Shown: piece by piece, positions 29,484 through 39,240 of the stretch
How the letters are laid out: each line of letters begins with the position of its first letter
How positions within the stretch are numbered: the stretch's first letter is position 1
IMG/VR virus record: IMGVR_UViG_3300042991_000477
Location: 1-55,447 of that record
DNA from: a virus
Lineage: Duplodnaviria; Caudoviricetes
DNA length: 55,447 nucleotides
Reading direction: 5' to 3' (one strand)
Program-made: the position numbers and the translations under genes
The notes under the pieces: model-generated
Seen by the model: the letters and a program-made list of their open reading frames with translations, nothing else
Database searches by the model: none
What the model was told of the DNA's origin: nothing

Positions 29484-30758
29484 ATGACAAATCAAGAAAA
29501 ATTCATTGAAAAAGCAATTGCTAAACATTTTAATAAATATAATTACTCATTAGTTATATATGAGGAATCCAGAAAAAAGATTAAAATAATTTGTAAAGAA
29601 CATGGAATTTTTGAACAAGAACCAGCCAATCATTTAAGAGGCCAAGGTTGTCCAATATGTGCAGGCGTTAAAAAATGCACACTATCTGATTTTATAGAAA
29701 AAGCAAATAGAATTCACAGTGATAATTATGATTATAGTTTAGTAAACTATAAAAATAATAAAACTAATATAAAAGTAATTTGTAAAAAACATGGCATTTT
29801 TGAAACAAGACCTGATAGACACATTAACTCTAAATCGGGTTGTCCAAAATGTGCAAATAATATTTTATATACCAAAAAAGAATTTATAGAGAAATCTAAT
29901 AAAATTCATAATAATAAATATAATTATTCTAAAGTTAATTATAAAACCGCACTAATAAAAGTAAAAATTATTTGTCCAGAACATGGTATTTTTGAACAGA
30001 GACCAACAAACCATTTAAGAGGAGAAGGATGTATAAAATGTGCAGGAAATTATCAATATACAAATGATGAATTCATTAAAAAAGCAAATAAAATTCATAA
30101 TAATTCATATGATTATTCATTAACAAATTATACTAAAGGTGGGGATAAAATAAAAATTATTTGTAAAGAACACGGTGTTTTTGAACAAAAAGCAAATTCA
30201 CATTTACAAGGATTTAAATGTCCAAATTGTTATAATGAAAAAAGAACATATACCACAGAAAAATTTATAGAATTAGCAAAATTGAAACACGGCAATTTTT
30301 ATAATTATAGTTTAGTTGAATATATACACAGTAGTAAAAAAGTTAAAATTATTTGTCCTATACATGGCGAATTTGAGCAAATTGCTGGTTCTCATATAAG
30401 AGGTGTTGGTTGTTTAGATTGCAATTCATCAAAAGGTGAAAAAGAAATAAGATTATATTTAGAAAATAATAATATTAATTTTAATACTCAACAAATTTTT
30501 GAAAATTGTAAAAATGAAAGATATTTACCTTTTGATTTTTATTTACCAGATATTAATACTTGTATAGAATATGATGGATTACAACATTTTAAAACAATTG
30601 AATATTTTGGTGGGGAATCTACATTAAAAAGAATAAAAATAACAGACCAAATCAAAACAGATTTTTGTAAAAATAATAATATAGAATTATTAAGAATAAG
30701 ATATAATGAAAATATATTAAATAAACTACAATTATTTTTAGAAAAAAGAGACCTTTGA
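29484..30758 (+). CDS. Homing-endonuclease-like protein: five Zn-finger repeats (DUF723-like) + Vsr-like nuclease
   Basis: 5x IIC..HG.FEQ...H..G.GC..C; LPFDFYL..IEYDGLQHF. Confidence 0.8.
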   Translation: MTNQEKFIEKAIAKHFNKYNYSLVIYEESRKKIKIICKEHGIFEQEPANHLRGQGCPICAGVKKCTLSDFIEKANRIHSDNYDYSLVNYKNNKTNIKVICKKHGIFETRPDRHINSKSGCPKCANNILYTKKEFIEKSNKIHNNKYNYSKVNYKTALIKVKIICPEHGIFEQRPTNHLRGEGCIKCAGNYQYTNDEFIKKANKIHNNSYDYSLTNYTKGGDKIKIICKEHGVFEQKANSHLQGFKCPNCYNEKRTYTTEKFIELAKLKHGNFYNYSLVEYIHSSKKVKIICPIHGEFEQIAGSHIRGVGCLDCNSSKGEKEIRLYLENNNINFNTQQIFENCKNERYLPFDFYLPDINTCIEYDGLQHFKTIEYFGGESTLKRIKITDQIKTDFCKNNNIELLRIRYNENILNKLQLFLEKRDL

Positions 30759-30792
30759 TAGTTAATATATAATATAAATTAAAATTAAATAA

Positions 30793-31176
30793 ATGTCTAA
30801 CGAGAGAGTTAATTTATACGGTAAAGTTGCTAAATTTCCAAAAAATGTAAAAGCTAAAAATGCATATACGTTTTTAGAAAATATAAAAGCATCAAAAAGT
30901 AAGTTGTGGTATATTCTTATTGAAAAAGATGACAATCAATTACAATGTATTAAATATAATAATAAAATGGGTGTCAATTTAAAAGTTTTTGTTGAACAAT
31001 TAAAAGAATATCACTCAAAAGATGAAGAATTACACGAAAATATATCAAAATTAACAATAGAAGGTAATAAACATTTTTCTATAATTAAAAATATACCTGA
31101 TGTAGAAGTTAAACCTGGTAAAAAAATGATATCATTTTTAACTGATGAACTAATTCAATTATTAAAAGATAAATAA
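30793..31176 (+). CDS. Hypothetical protein, paralog of 6265-6684
   Basis: See 6265; TAATATATA at 30763. Confidence 0.8.
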   Translation: MSNERVNLYGKVAKFPKNVKAKNAYTFLENIKASKSKLWYILIEKDDNQLQCIKYNNKMGVNLKVFVEQLKEYHSKDEELHENISKLTIEGNKHFSIIKNIPDVEVKPGKKMISFLTDELIQLLKDK

Positions 31177-31180
31177 AAAT

Positions 31181-31750
31181 TTATGTTTTTATAAATGACC
31201 CCCATATTAATGATTTAACTTCATTGTAATTAAAACCATTTAAATTAAAGTTAATTATAGAATTTTCTATTGCTTCATAGCTTGATTCAGCAGGATATTG
31301 CCAACCGCTTTCTATACAAATGTTACTATATTCTATATCTGATTCTTTATAATCATGTATCATAATAACATCATTTATTTTTAAATATTTTGAAAATAAA
31401 TTAAATTCATTATTTTTATCACCGCCATCGCATAATAGTAAAACTCTTATATTTTCTTCTTGTATTAAATTTATAATTTCATTTTTAATATTTTCTTCAA
31501 ATACATTACCAATTCTAAAGTCAATATTTATACTTTTATCTACTGTGTTAAAATTTGGATTAATATCATAAGATATTAATTCAGTACTATCTAGTTTGTT
31601 TCTATAAATCAACAATGCTAATCCACCAGCATAAGTGCCAATTTCTATTATCCTATCAAAATCTAAAATGATTTTTTTAAAATAGTCTTCTATTCCAGGA
31701 GTTTGTCCTAAATGCACTCCTTCAAATGTAAATGATGTTCCTTTTTTCAT
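31181..31750 (-). CDS. Class I methyltransferase-like protein (CmcI-like)
   Basis: IIEIGTYAGG, SYDI, LCDGG, MIHDY. Confidence 0.75.
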   Translation of the reverse strand: MKKGTSFTFEGVHLGQTPGIEDYFKKIILDFDRIIEIGTYAGGLALLIYRNKLDSTELISYDINPNFNTVDKSINIDFRIGNVFEENIKNEIINLIQEENIRVLLLCDGGDKNNEFNLFSKYLKINDVIMIHDYKESDIEYSNICIESGWQYPAESSYEAIENSIINFNLNGFNYNEVKSLIWGSFIKT

Positions 31751-31754
31751 ATAT

Positions 31755-32942
31755 TTAAAATATTTTTGTTAATTGTGGAAAATTTAATTCAGTATTTTTA
31801 ATTTCTTCTATATATTTATAAGATATACTATTAATTTCTCCTTTTGTTTCTTTATAAAACGGTGATGTTTGGTACGCAGTTTTTGCAAAATGTTTACCAT
31901 CATTTGCAACGACACCAGCATTATGATATATAGAATGTGTTAAATCTTTAATATCATGATTAGCCCAATGAAATTCTAATTCTGAAATGCATTTTGTCTG
32001 TATATTATTTTTCCATAATACCCAATTAGTTGTCCACATTTCAGATGTCCAAGCTTGTATAGAATATGGATCTCCTTTGGGTTTATATATTTCAGCAGTA
32101 TCTATCATGTGTTTATATAATGGTACTGATGTTTTTTCAACTTCATTCCAAAACTCAAAAGTATTATTTTTAGTTATATATTGAGCACCCCCACAATTTT
32201 TATCATTATTTAAAACTAATTCGGGTGATATTTTAACAATATCGCACATATCATAAAATAATTGTTCACCTTTACTTTTTATATATGTGGAATTTAAATA
32301 GCTACAAGTATCACTTTCATACCAAATATCATCATCTGCAAATTTTTCCCAATCTATTTTTTTTAAAAAAATAACATCAGGATCAAGATAAACATAGACA
32401 TTATCTTTTTCTTCTGGAAAATTTTTAAAATATTGAGCCATCAACCAAGGCTTCATACTTGCTGAATATGTCTTATCATCTCTATTATCGTAATAAATAT
32501 GAAATTTAGATTTTATATCTATATTATTTATTAATTCCTCTAGAATCTTAGTTTTAGTATTATTAAAACAACATACTGGATAATGTGTGTCAATATCATA
32601 ACCGTGTTTTTTAAAATTATTTATTTGAACTAATACTTGCCACAAATAATATGATGTGTCAGGTAAAGGTATTATAAATTTTATTTTTCTTATTTTACCA
32701 TTAAAATCAATTCTTAATTTATTATCAACAGGTAATTTACAATTATCACCTTCCCTTATTCTTATTTCTTTTTGTATATTATTTTCTTCATATAATATAT
32801 TAAGATATTTGACTCTATTTGGAGAAGGGTCACCAAAAATTAAATTAGATGGAATAAATTCTAATTTTTCATTATTTATTATATATTTTCTAACTATTTC
32901 TGTTACATCTTTATTTCCATATGTTGCATTTAATATTTCCAT
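31755..32942 (-). CDS. SUEL-lectin-like domain + HPAT/SERGT-like glycosyltransferase
   Basis: ATYG..DVT..FGDPSPN..KYL; YLWQ, YLDPD, GGAQY, QAWTSEMW, HNAG. Confidence 0.65.
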   Translation of the reverse strand: MEILNATYGNKDVTEIVRKYIINNEKLEFIPSNLIFGDPSPNRVKYLNILYEENNIQKEIRIREGDNCKLPVDNKLRIDFNGKIRKIKFIIPLPDTSYYLWQVLVQINNFKKHGYDIDTHYPVCCFNNTKTKILEELINNIDIKSKFHIYYDNRDDKTYSASMKPWLMAQYFKNFPEEKDNVYVYLDPDVIFLKKIDWEKFADDDIWYESDTCSYLNSTYIKSKGEQLFYDMCDIVKISPELVLNNDKNCGGAQYITKNNTFEFWNEVEKTSVPLYKHMIDTAEIYKPKGDPYSIQAWTSEMWTTNWVLWKNNIQTKCISELEFHWANHDIKDLTHSIYHNAGVVANDGKHFAKTAYQTSPFYKETKGEINSISYKYIEEIKNTELNFPQLTKIF

Positions 32943-32945
32943 TAT

Positions 32946-34664
32946 TTATTTTTTTATTTTATTACAATAATTTATAACGTTGTTAATTCTATTTTTATGA
33001 GAATGATAAGATCTTGCAAACCAAGTATGATATGCAAATTCTTTACCTTCATGATTTTTTAAAATTGTGGTTAAATCGTCTAAATCAGAATCATATGCAT
33101 CCAAATATAAATATTTGCAATTATTTCTCAACATTGAAAAAAATATTTTATAATATGGTTCGAAATTATCATATATAATACCATAAGGTTTATATCCTTC
33201 AGCTATAGTTCTTGAAAATTTTTCTTCTTGTTTTATATTAGTTTTTAATAAATTATTAGGTATAAATACATCCAAATCTTTATTATAGAATTGATTGATA
33301 TTAGGATTATAGAAAGTTCTAAGAAACTTTAAATTAATTATTGTAAAAAATGCATTGATTGAAATTGGATTATGAAATCTATGAGATATGACTCCACCAT
33401 CTGGCATTCCTGAAAAAGATATATTATTTTTAATTTGATAAAATAATAAATCTAGCATAGCATTTGTATCTGTTATAAAACAATCTTCGTCAATATAAAT
33501 CATCCAATCACAACTATCAATATTTTTAATTACATATTCAAAAAATGATAATCCATATAATCCGCCCGAACCATTAATTTTAATGTGTTCTATAAAATCT
33601 ACTTTTTCATAAAAAGATTTGGATTCTTTATATAATTCTTCATTAATATAATTAGAAACAATTTTTACTTTATCGAAATCAATTTTGACATTTTTAAAGA
33701 ATGAAAAATCTACAGCATCATTTAAAGTTGATTTTACAAATTTTTCATAAACTTTTTTATTATTATCATAATTTTCACGCATATTCTTATCAGGGTGATA
33801 TAAATGTAATAAGTCAGATTTTTGTCTAATTACATTATATTTATATGCTATTATTTTATTGTGAAATAAATCATCTTCAAATCCCCAACCTTTTATATCA
33901 TTAGAATGACCGCCTATTCTATAATACATTTCTGAACTTATTATACCTATACCACCTGTTGCTGATTGAATTTTATAATAATTTATATTTAAATTTTCAC
34001 CATCGTTATTAGTATCATTAGACATAAATAATTGAGACGTTTCAGAATTTAAATATTTTACATTTTCATATGGAATAATATAATTATTAGTATCTAATAA
34101 GTATCTAAAATCTTTTAATTTAATTAATATATTTTTATCTATAACACAATCTGCATCAGCAAGAATTAAGTATTTACCTTCACTAATATTAAAACCCTGA
34201 TTAAATAAATATGCTTTTCTAAAAAATGTATTTGTATTTAAAATATATAAATGTTTACTAACCAATTCTGAAACTTGTTCTAAATTTGTTTTAGTGTCCT
34301 GTTCTACAATAATAATATTTGCATTAGGTAAATATTTTTTATAATATTTAATAATAAATAGCAAATTTGTTTTCCTATATTCATCTGAATTTTTAAATGG
34401 AATAATTATATCTATATTATTATATATATCATCAGTTATATCATATTCTGTATTAATATTAAGCATTGTGCCTTCTTGTATTGATTTAGTATATTTTTTA
34501 TCATCAATTTCATACTCGACTGTTAAATATTTTACTATATTAGGTGATGGATCACCAAATAAATAATTTGACACATTTATATTGATACCATTTTCATTAA
34601 CATGTTTTAATAATATATCAGTTACATCGTACTCATTATATAAAGCTTTTAATATTTTTAGCAT
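32946..34664 (-). CDS. SUEL-lectin-like domain + GT2/GT7C galactosyltransferase-like + second GT-A domain
   Basis: FGDPSPNIVKYL; IIIPF..VEQ..FNQG..ADAD..GGHSNDIKGWGFEDD; YIDED. Confidence 0.75.
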   Translation of the reverse strand: MLKILKALYNEYDVTDILLKHVNENGININVSNYLFGDPSPNIVKYLTVEYEIDDKKYTKSIQEGTMLNINTEYDITDDIYNNIDIIIPFKNSDEYRKTNLLFIIKYYKKYLPNANIIIVEQDTKTNLEQVSELVSKHLYILNTNTFFRKAYLFNQGFNISEGKYLILADADCVIDKNILIKLKDFRYLLDTNNYIIPYENVKYLNSETSQLFMSNDTNNDGENLNINYYKIQSATGGIGIISSEMYYRIGGHSNDIKGWGFEDDLFHNKIIAYKYNVIRQKSDLLHLYHPDKNMRENYDNNKKVYEKFVKSTLNDAVDFSFFKNVKIDFDKVKIVSNYINEELYKESKSFYEKVDFIEHIKINGSGGLYGLSFFEYVIKNIDSCDWMIYIDEDCFITDTNAMLDLLFYQIKNNISFSGMPDGGVISHRFHNPISINAFFTIINLKFLRTFYNPNINQFYNKDLDVFIPNNLLKTNIKQEEKFSRTIAEGYKPYGIIYDNFEPYYKIFFSMLRNNCKYLYLDAYDSDLDDLTTILKNHEGKEFAYHTWFARSYHSHKNRINNVINYCNKIKK

Positions 34665-34667
34665 ATT

Positions 34668-37433
34668 TTAATTTATTTTAATATTATTACCTTCTATATA
34701 TTCTTTTTCAATAATATTGTTGTTTAGGTAATATTTAATTTTCAAAGTTTTATGTACACCTGGACAAGGATCACCAAACAATTGATTACCAGCAATGAAA
34801 GATATAGAATTGTTTGCTATTTTATCATTTAAAATGTTTGTAACATCTATTACACATTTATGTGAACCATAATTAGCTTTAATTATTCTAAATGTTGGTA
34901 ATTCTGAATAGTAATTTTTATTAAAATGCGGATTTAAATTTATAATACCATTTTCAGAATTATTATTTATTTTATTATCAACATAATTAAAAATATTATT
35001 ATTATTTGGTGTTTGACTATTTAAAGTAGATATATGATATGTATCAACATTCCATCTATATATCATAGTGTAGTGTCCATAATCACATTCTGATATATTT
35101 CCACCCATTTCAAAAGTTATTTTAACATCTTCTGTTACACTAATGTCTGGAAATTCTATATTATCTAAATATTTTTTTGTATATATATTTCCAGTATTAA
35201 TATTACCTGATATATATTTAAAATTGTCATTTATAAAAGTATAATTAAATGTAGATCTATATATATCATATAATGGATATTCATCTATTTGCTTTTTAAC
35301 AATTTTTAATGCATTTGGAGCAAGCAGGTCATCATCATCTAATCTATAAATATAATTATATTTACATTGTTTATAACCAAATTCTATTTTTTTAGATATT
35401 GATGAAAATCTTTCCTTACAATTTATTATTCTAACTCTAGGATTATCATAAACATATTCTACATCTGAAGAATCATTTATAATAACCATTTCTGATTCGT
35501 TTTCAAAATTTTGATTTAAAAAGGATTGAATTGCCTCTTCTAATATGTGATGTCTTTTATATGTTAAAGTTAATATTGATATATTTACTTTTTCTATATA
35601 ATTTTTATATATTTTGATATCTTCATCTGCTACATCAGAAAAATTTAAAGATGTTTTAGAAACTTCACCTTCAGCTTTTAAACCTCTAATTATATATGCA
35701 TTATCTTTTAATTTTTGAAGTAGGTAATCATCTCCACATGCTACTTTTAATTGTTCTGGTATATTTACCCATTTTTGTTTTTTAATAAAAAGTAAACATC
35801 CCCAACAACTTAGCCTTTCATTAATTTTTTCAATATATAGTGTTTTATTTATATCTTTTTCATATAATGAATTAATATCCATGCCTATTATTCCACAATC
35901 TGATAAATTACTCACAAATTCAAAAATTCTTGTTTCAAAATTAATATCATCATTACATATACATATATTATCATATTTAGAATTTAAGACACCTATATTC
36001 CAAGATGGATTAACATATTGATTATCTATATAAGATAGTACTTTTATTTTATTATAATTTTTATTTACTTTATCATTATACTTATTATTGTTATCTATTA
36101 TAATTATTTCTCCTACATAATTACAATTGTCTAATTCATCTAATAGTTTATAAATAAAATTAGATTTCCATAATGTTGGTATTATAACTGAAAATTTTTT
36201 ATTATTTTCATTTTTATATTCTTTTATTTTTTCTTTAATAAAATAATATATCCATGTGGTTAAAGAATATTTAGAATTTTCATTAATATCTATAAACCAT
36301 TCTTCTTCATTATCTTTTGAATGCATCCATAAATTAGAAATATAAGAATATCTTTCTAATATTAATTTATAAAAATCTTTAGCAACATTTATATCACATT
36401 TATAATTACCCCATGAATAATTATTTATATCAGGTAATGTATTATATATATCACACATTTCTCCACCGTATTCACATCTATCGTATAATGATGATACTGA
36501 TACATGACCTTCATATAAATATAATAAAGTCAATCCAAATATAAAATCTATATTTATTTTTTCAATATTATTTTTTATTGCATCTAATGATAATGATTGC
36601 CATGAAAAATTATCACATATTGATATAACATTATTAGAATTTAAAAATTTCTCATTATATAATAATTCTTTTAATATATAATGTTCAGATTCAAAGTTTT
36701 GCCAACAATCATTTCTAGGGAACATAGGAATATTATCATAACCTCTTATTTCTCTATATTTACCATCTATACAATCTTTACTTGTTAAATTATTATAAAA
36801 ACAAGTATGTGGATCATAAGACCTACATATTATATTTTTTTGTGTTGATAACTTATTAATACAAATATCATCAGTGTCTATATAACTACCACCATATTTA
36901 TGCATTAAAACCAATCTTAATAAATCTGAAAATTCTCTTGGTCCACATTTAAAATATTTTTCTTTTAATAATTCTTCAGGAATACCACTTTTATCAAAAA
37001 TATTAATATACCATTTTACAACATTAATGTTAAATATATTTTCGAGGTCATCTTGTTCTATAGTATTTGAAATTAAATATATTGGTCTGCTTTCATTAAA
37101 AATTCTAGTTGAATATAATACATCTTTTAATAATATCATTCTATTTTTTGATATACTACCATCCCAATAAAAAAAGATGTTATTAATATCTTTTTTTATT
37201 TCCTCAAAGTCTTCTTTAAATTCTATATCTATAATGTCTAATTCATTAAAATATTTTTCCTTTATTGTTATTCCATCTATGTATTTTAAATATAATTTTT
37301 TTTTAATACCTGGGGTTGGATCTGTAAAGATGTTATTTGATACTTGAATATATAATTTATTATTAATGATATATTTATTTAGTATATTTTTGACATCTAA
37401 CATTTCATAATAAGCTTCAATTATTTTAGACAT
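34668..37433 (-). CDS. Multidomain glycosyltransferase: SUEL + GT32 + two GT2 + SUEL
   Basis: FTDPTPG; SDLLRL..YGGSYIDTD; SVIIPT..NDDI; SILTLTY..LDDDD; ANYG..DVT..FGDPCPGVHKTLKIKY. Confidence 0.8.
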   Translation of the reverse strand: MSKIIEAYYEMLDVKNILNKYIINNKLYIQVSNNIFTDPTPGIKKKLYLKYIDGITIKEKYFNELDIIDIEFKEDFEEIKKDINNIFFYWDGSISKNRMILLKDVLYSTRIFNESRPIYLISNTIEQDDLENIFNINVVKWYINIFDKSGIPEELLKEKYFKCGPREFSDLLRLVLMHKYGGSYIDTDDICINKLSTQKNIICRSYDPHTCFYNNLTSKDCIDGKYREIRGYDNIPMFPRNDCWQNFESEHYILKELLYNEKFLNSNNVISICDNFSWQSLSLDAIKNNIEKINIDFIFGLTLLYLYEGHVSVSSLYDRCEYGGEMCDIYNTLPDINNYSWGNYKCDINVAKDFYKLILERYSYISNLWMHSKDNEEEWFIDINENSKYSLTTWIYYFIKEKIKEYKNENNKKFSVIIPTLWKSNFIYKLLDELDNCNYVGEIIIIDNNNKYNDKVNKNYNKIKVLSYIDNQYVNPSWNIGVLNSKYDNICICNDDINFETRIFEFVSNLSDCGIIGMDINSLYEKDINKTLYIEKINERLSCWGCLLFIKKQKWVNIPEQLKVACGDDYLLQKLKDNAYIIRGLKAEGEVSKTSLNFSDVADEDIKIYKNYIEKVNISILTLTYKRHHILEEAIQSFLNQNFENESEMVIINDSSDVEYVYDNPRVRIINCKERFSSISKKIEFGYKQCKYNYIYRLDDDDLLAPNALKIVKKQIDEYPLYDIYRSTFNYTFINDNFKYISGNINTGNIYTKKYLDNIEFPDISVTEDVKITFEMGGNISECDYGHYTMIYRWNVDTYHISTLNSQTPNNNNIFNYVDNKINNNSENGIINLNPHFNKNYYSELPTFRIIKANYGSHKCVIDVTNILNDKIANNSISFIAGNQLFGDPCPGVHKTLKIKYYLNNNIIEKEYIEGNNIKIN

Positions 37434-37450
37434 TATTTTTATTTTTATTT

Positions 37451-38266
37451 TTATATAACTTCAGTCGTATTTGAATTCCAATCATAATAATATAAAACCT
37501 CATTAATATTGAATTCGGTTTTTATTTTATTTTTTAATTGTTTAGCATATTCAGAATCCTCACCTAAATTTATAGGTAAATATTTAATATCCAAAGCTAT
37601 ATCTTTTTTAACACACATTAAATGATTTGGTAATCTATAATATTCGTTATCAGTATTATAATCATTATTATAATTAATAGAATAATAGCATATTTTTGGT
37701 GTAGAATTATTTAATGATACCATAACATTAAATGTTATTACATCAGAATTATTAAATGTTGCATTATATATTTTTATTATGTAGTCATTTGAAACTCTAT
37801 CATCATCATCAACAAATACTACATATTCACCTGATGAACAATTTAATAATTCGTTTCTTTTTTTACCAATTGTCATTTTTTTATTATCTATTATAGATAT
37901 AATTTCTATTTCTTGTTGTATTTTATTATTAAGACTATTATATTGTGAAAATAAGTTATTTAACATATTTATTAAAAAATTATTATATCTATTATGTGTA
38001 GAACAAATGCAGATACTTAATTTAGTTTTATGTAATTTGGCTAATGTGTTTTCATTAATTATTAAAAACTCATTTTCTTTAATATTATCTTCAAATATTT
38101 TATTATTATATTTATATTTAATATACAAATTTTTTATAATACCAGGAGATGGATCTCCAAAATAATTATTACTAACTTGCATGTTAATTTCATTATTAAT
38201 TATCTTATTCTCAATAATTTTTGTAACGTCTAAATAATTATAATTTGCTTTTAGTATTTCTAGCAT
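37451..38266 (-). CDS. SUEL-lectin-like domain + GT2 glycosyltransferase
   Basis: FGDPSPGIIKNL; LSICIC..IGKKRN..YVVFVDDDD..GEDSEY. Confidence 0.8.
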   Translation of the reverse strand: MLEILKANYNYLDVTKIIENKIINNEINMQVSNNYFGDPSPGIIKNLYIKYKYNNKIFEDNIKENEFLIINENTLAKLHKTKLSICICSTHNRYNNFLINMLNNLFSQYNSLNNKIQQEIEIISIIDNKKMTIGKKRNELLNCSSGEYVVFVDDDDRVSNDYIIKIYNATFNNSDVITFNVMVSLNNSTPKICYYSINYNNDYNTDNEYYRLPNHLMCVKKDIALDIKYLPINLGEDSEYAKQLKNKIKTEFNINEVLYYYDWNSNTTEVI

Positions 38267-38274
38267 AATATATA

Positions 38275-39186
38275 TTAAAAAAGAATATCTTTAAATGTTT
38301 CTTCTGTTTCTTTTATTTCTTTTATGTAATTATATGTACAATTATCATTATTGGCATATAATTCTTTATTAAATGGTGATACTTGATATGTAATTTTACT
38401 AAAATGTGTAGCACTATCTCCTGGTATACCAGCATTATGAAATATATTTGTTTCATTCCATCTACTAATATTATCAGTTGCCCAACAAAAATCTAATTCC
38501 TTATTTATTTTAATTTTATGATTAAAATAGATAGCATTCCATAATAAAGACCACATATCAGCGGTCCAAGATTGTATAGGTGATTGTGGACTATAGATTT
38601 TATCTGTTTCTTTCATCAATCTATATAATTTTTCACTATCATCTAATGATTTTTTAAAAAAATCAGCATTTATATTTTTCATAATGTATTGAGCACCTCC
38701 TGAATTTTCCTCATTATTTGATATAACTTCTGGCGACACGCCAACCACTTCACACATTTTTTCAAAAAGTTCTACACTTTTATTTTTTATATATTGACTA
38801 CCGATATAAGATATTGTGTTGCTTAAATGCCAATATTCATCTTTTTCCATTTCTGTGAAGTCAATTTTATTGGTAAAAATTGCATCTGGATCTATTAAAA
38901 AAACTGTATGTTTTTCAAAATCTGGATTTTCTCTATAAAATTTCTCTAAAATATAATGTCTTAAGGTTACAGGATATGTCATATTTGTTCTTTCATCCTT
39001 AGTAATAAAAAATTTAGATTTTATTTTAGGATGATTCATAATTGATTGAAGAACTGGAGATGGATTATGAGTTGAAATCATATAATATGCATCTATATCA
39101 TATCCATATTTCATAAAATTATTAATTTGTACTAAACATTGCCATAAATAATAATTGTGATCAAAAGTAGGTATTAAAAACTTCAT
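38275..39186 (-). CDS. HPAT/SERGT-like glycosyltransferase, paralog of the C-domain of 31755-32942
   Basis: YLWQCLVQINNF, LIDPD, GGAQY, QSWTADMW, HNAG. Confidence 0.65.
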   Translation of the reverse strand: MKFLIPTFDHNYYLWQCLVQINNFMKYGYDIDAYYMISTHNPSPVLQSIMNHPKIKSKFFITKDERTNMTYPVTLRHYILEKFYRENPDFEKHTVFLIDPDAIFTNKIDFTEMEKDEYWHLSNTISYIGSQYIKNKSVELFEKMCEVVGVSPEVISNNEENSGGAQYIMKNINADFFKKSLDDSEKLYRLMKETDKIYSPQSPIQSWTADMWSLLWNAIYFNHKIKINKELDFCWATDNISRWNETNIFHNAGIPGDSATHFSKITYQVSPFNKELYANNDNCTYNYIKEIKETEETFKDILF

Positions 39187-39240
39187 TAAATAATTTTTTC
39201 ATTTATATATAATATTTAGTTGGGCTTGTTTTAAATATTT

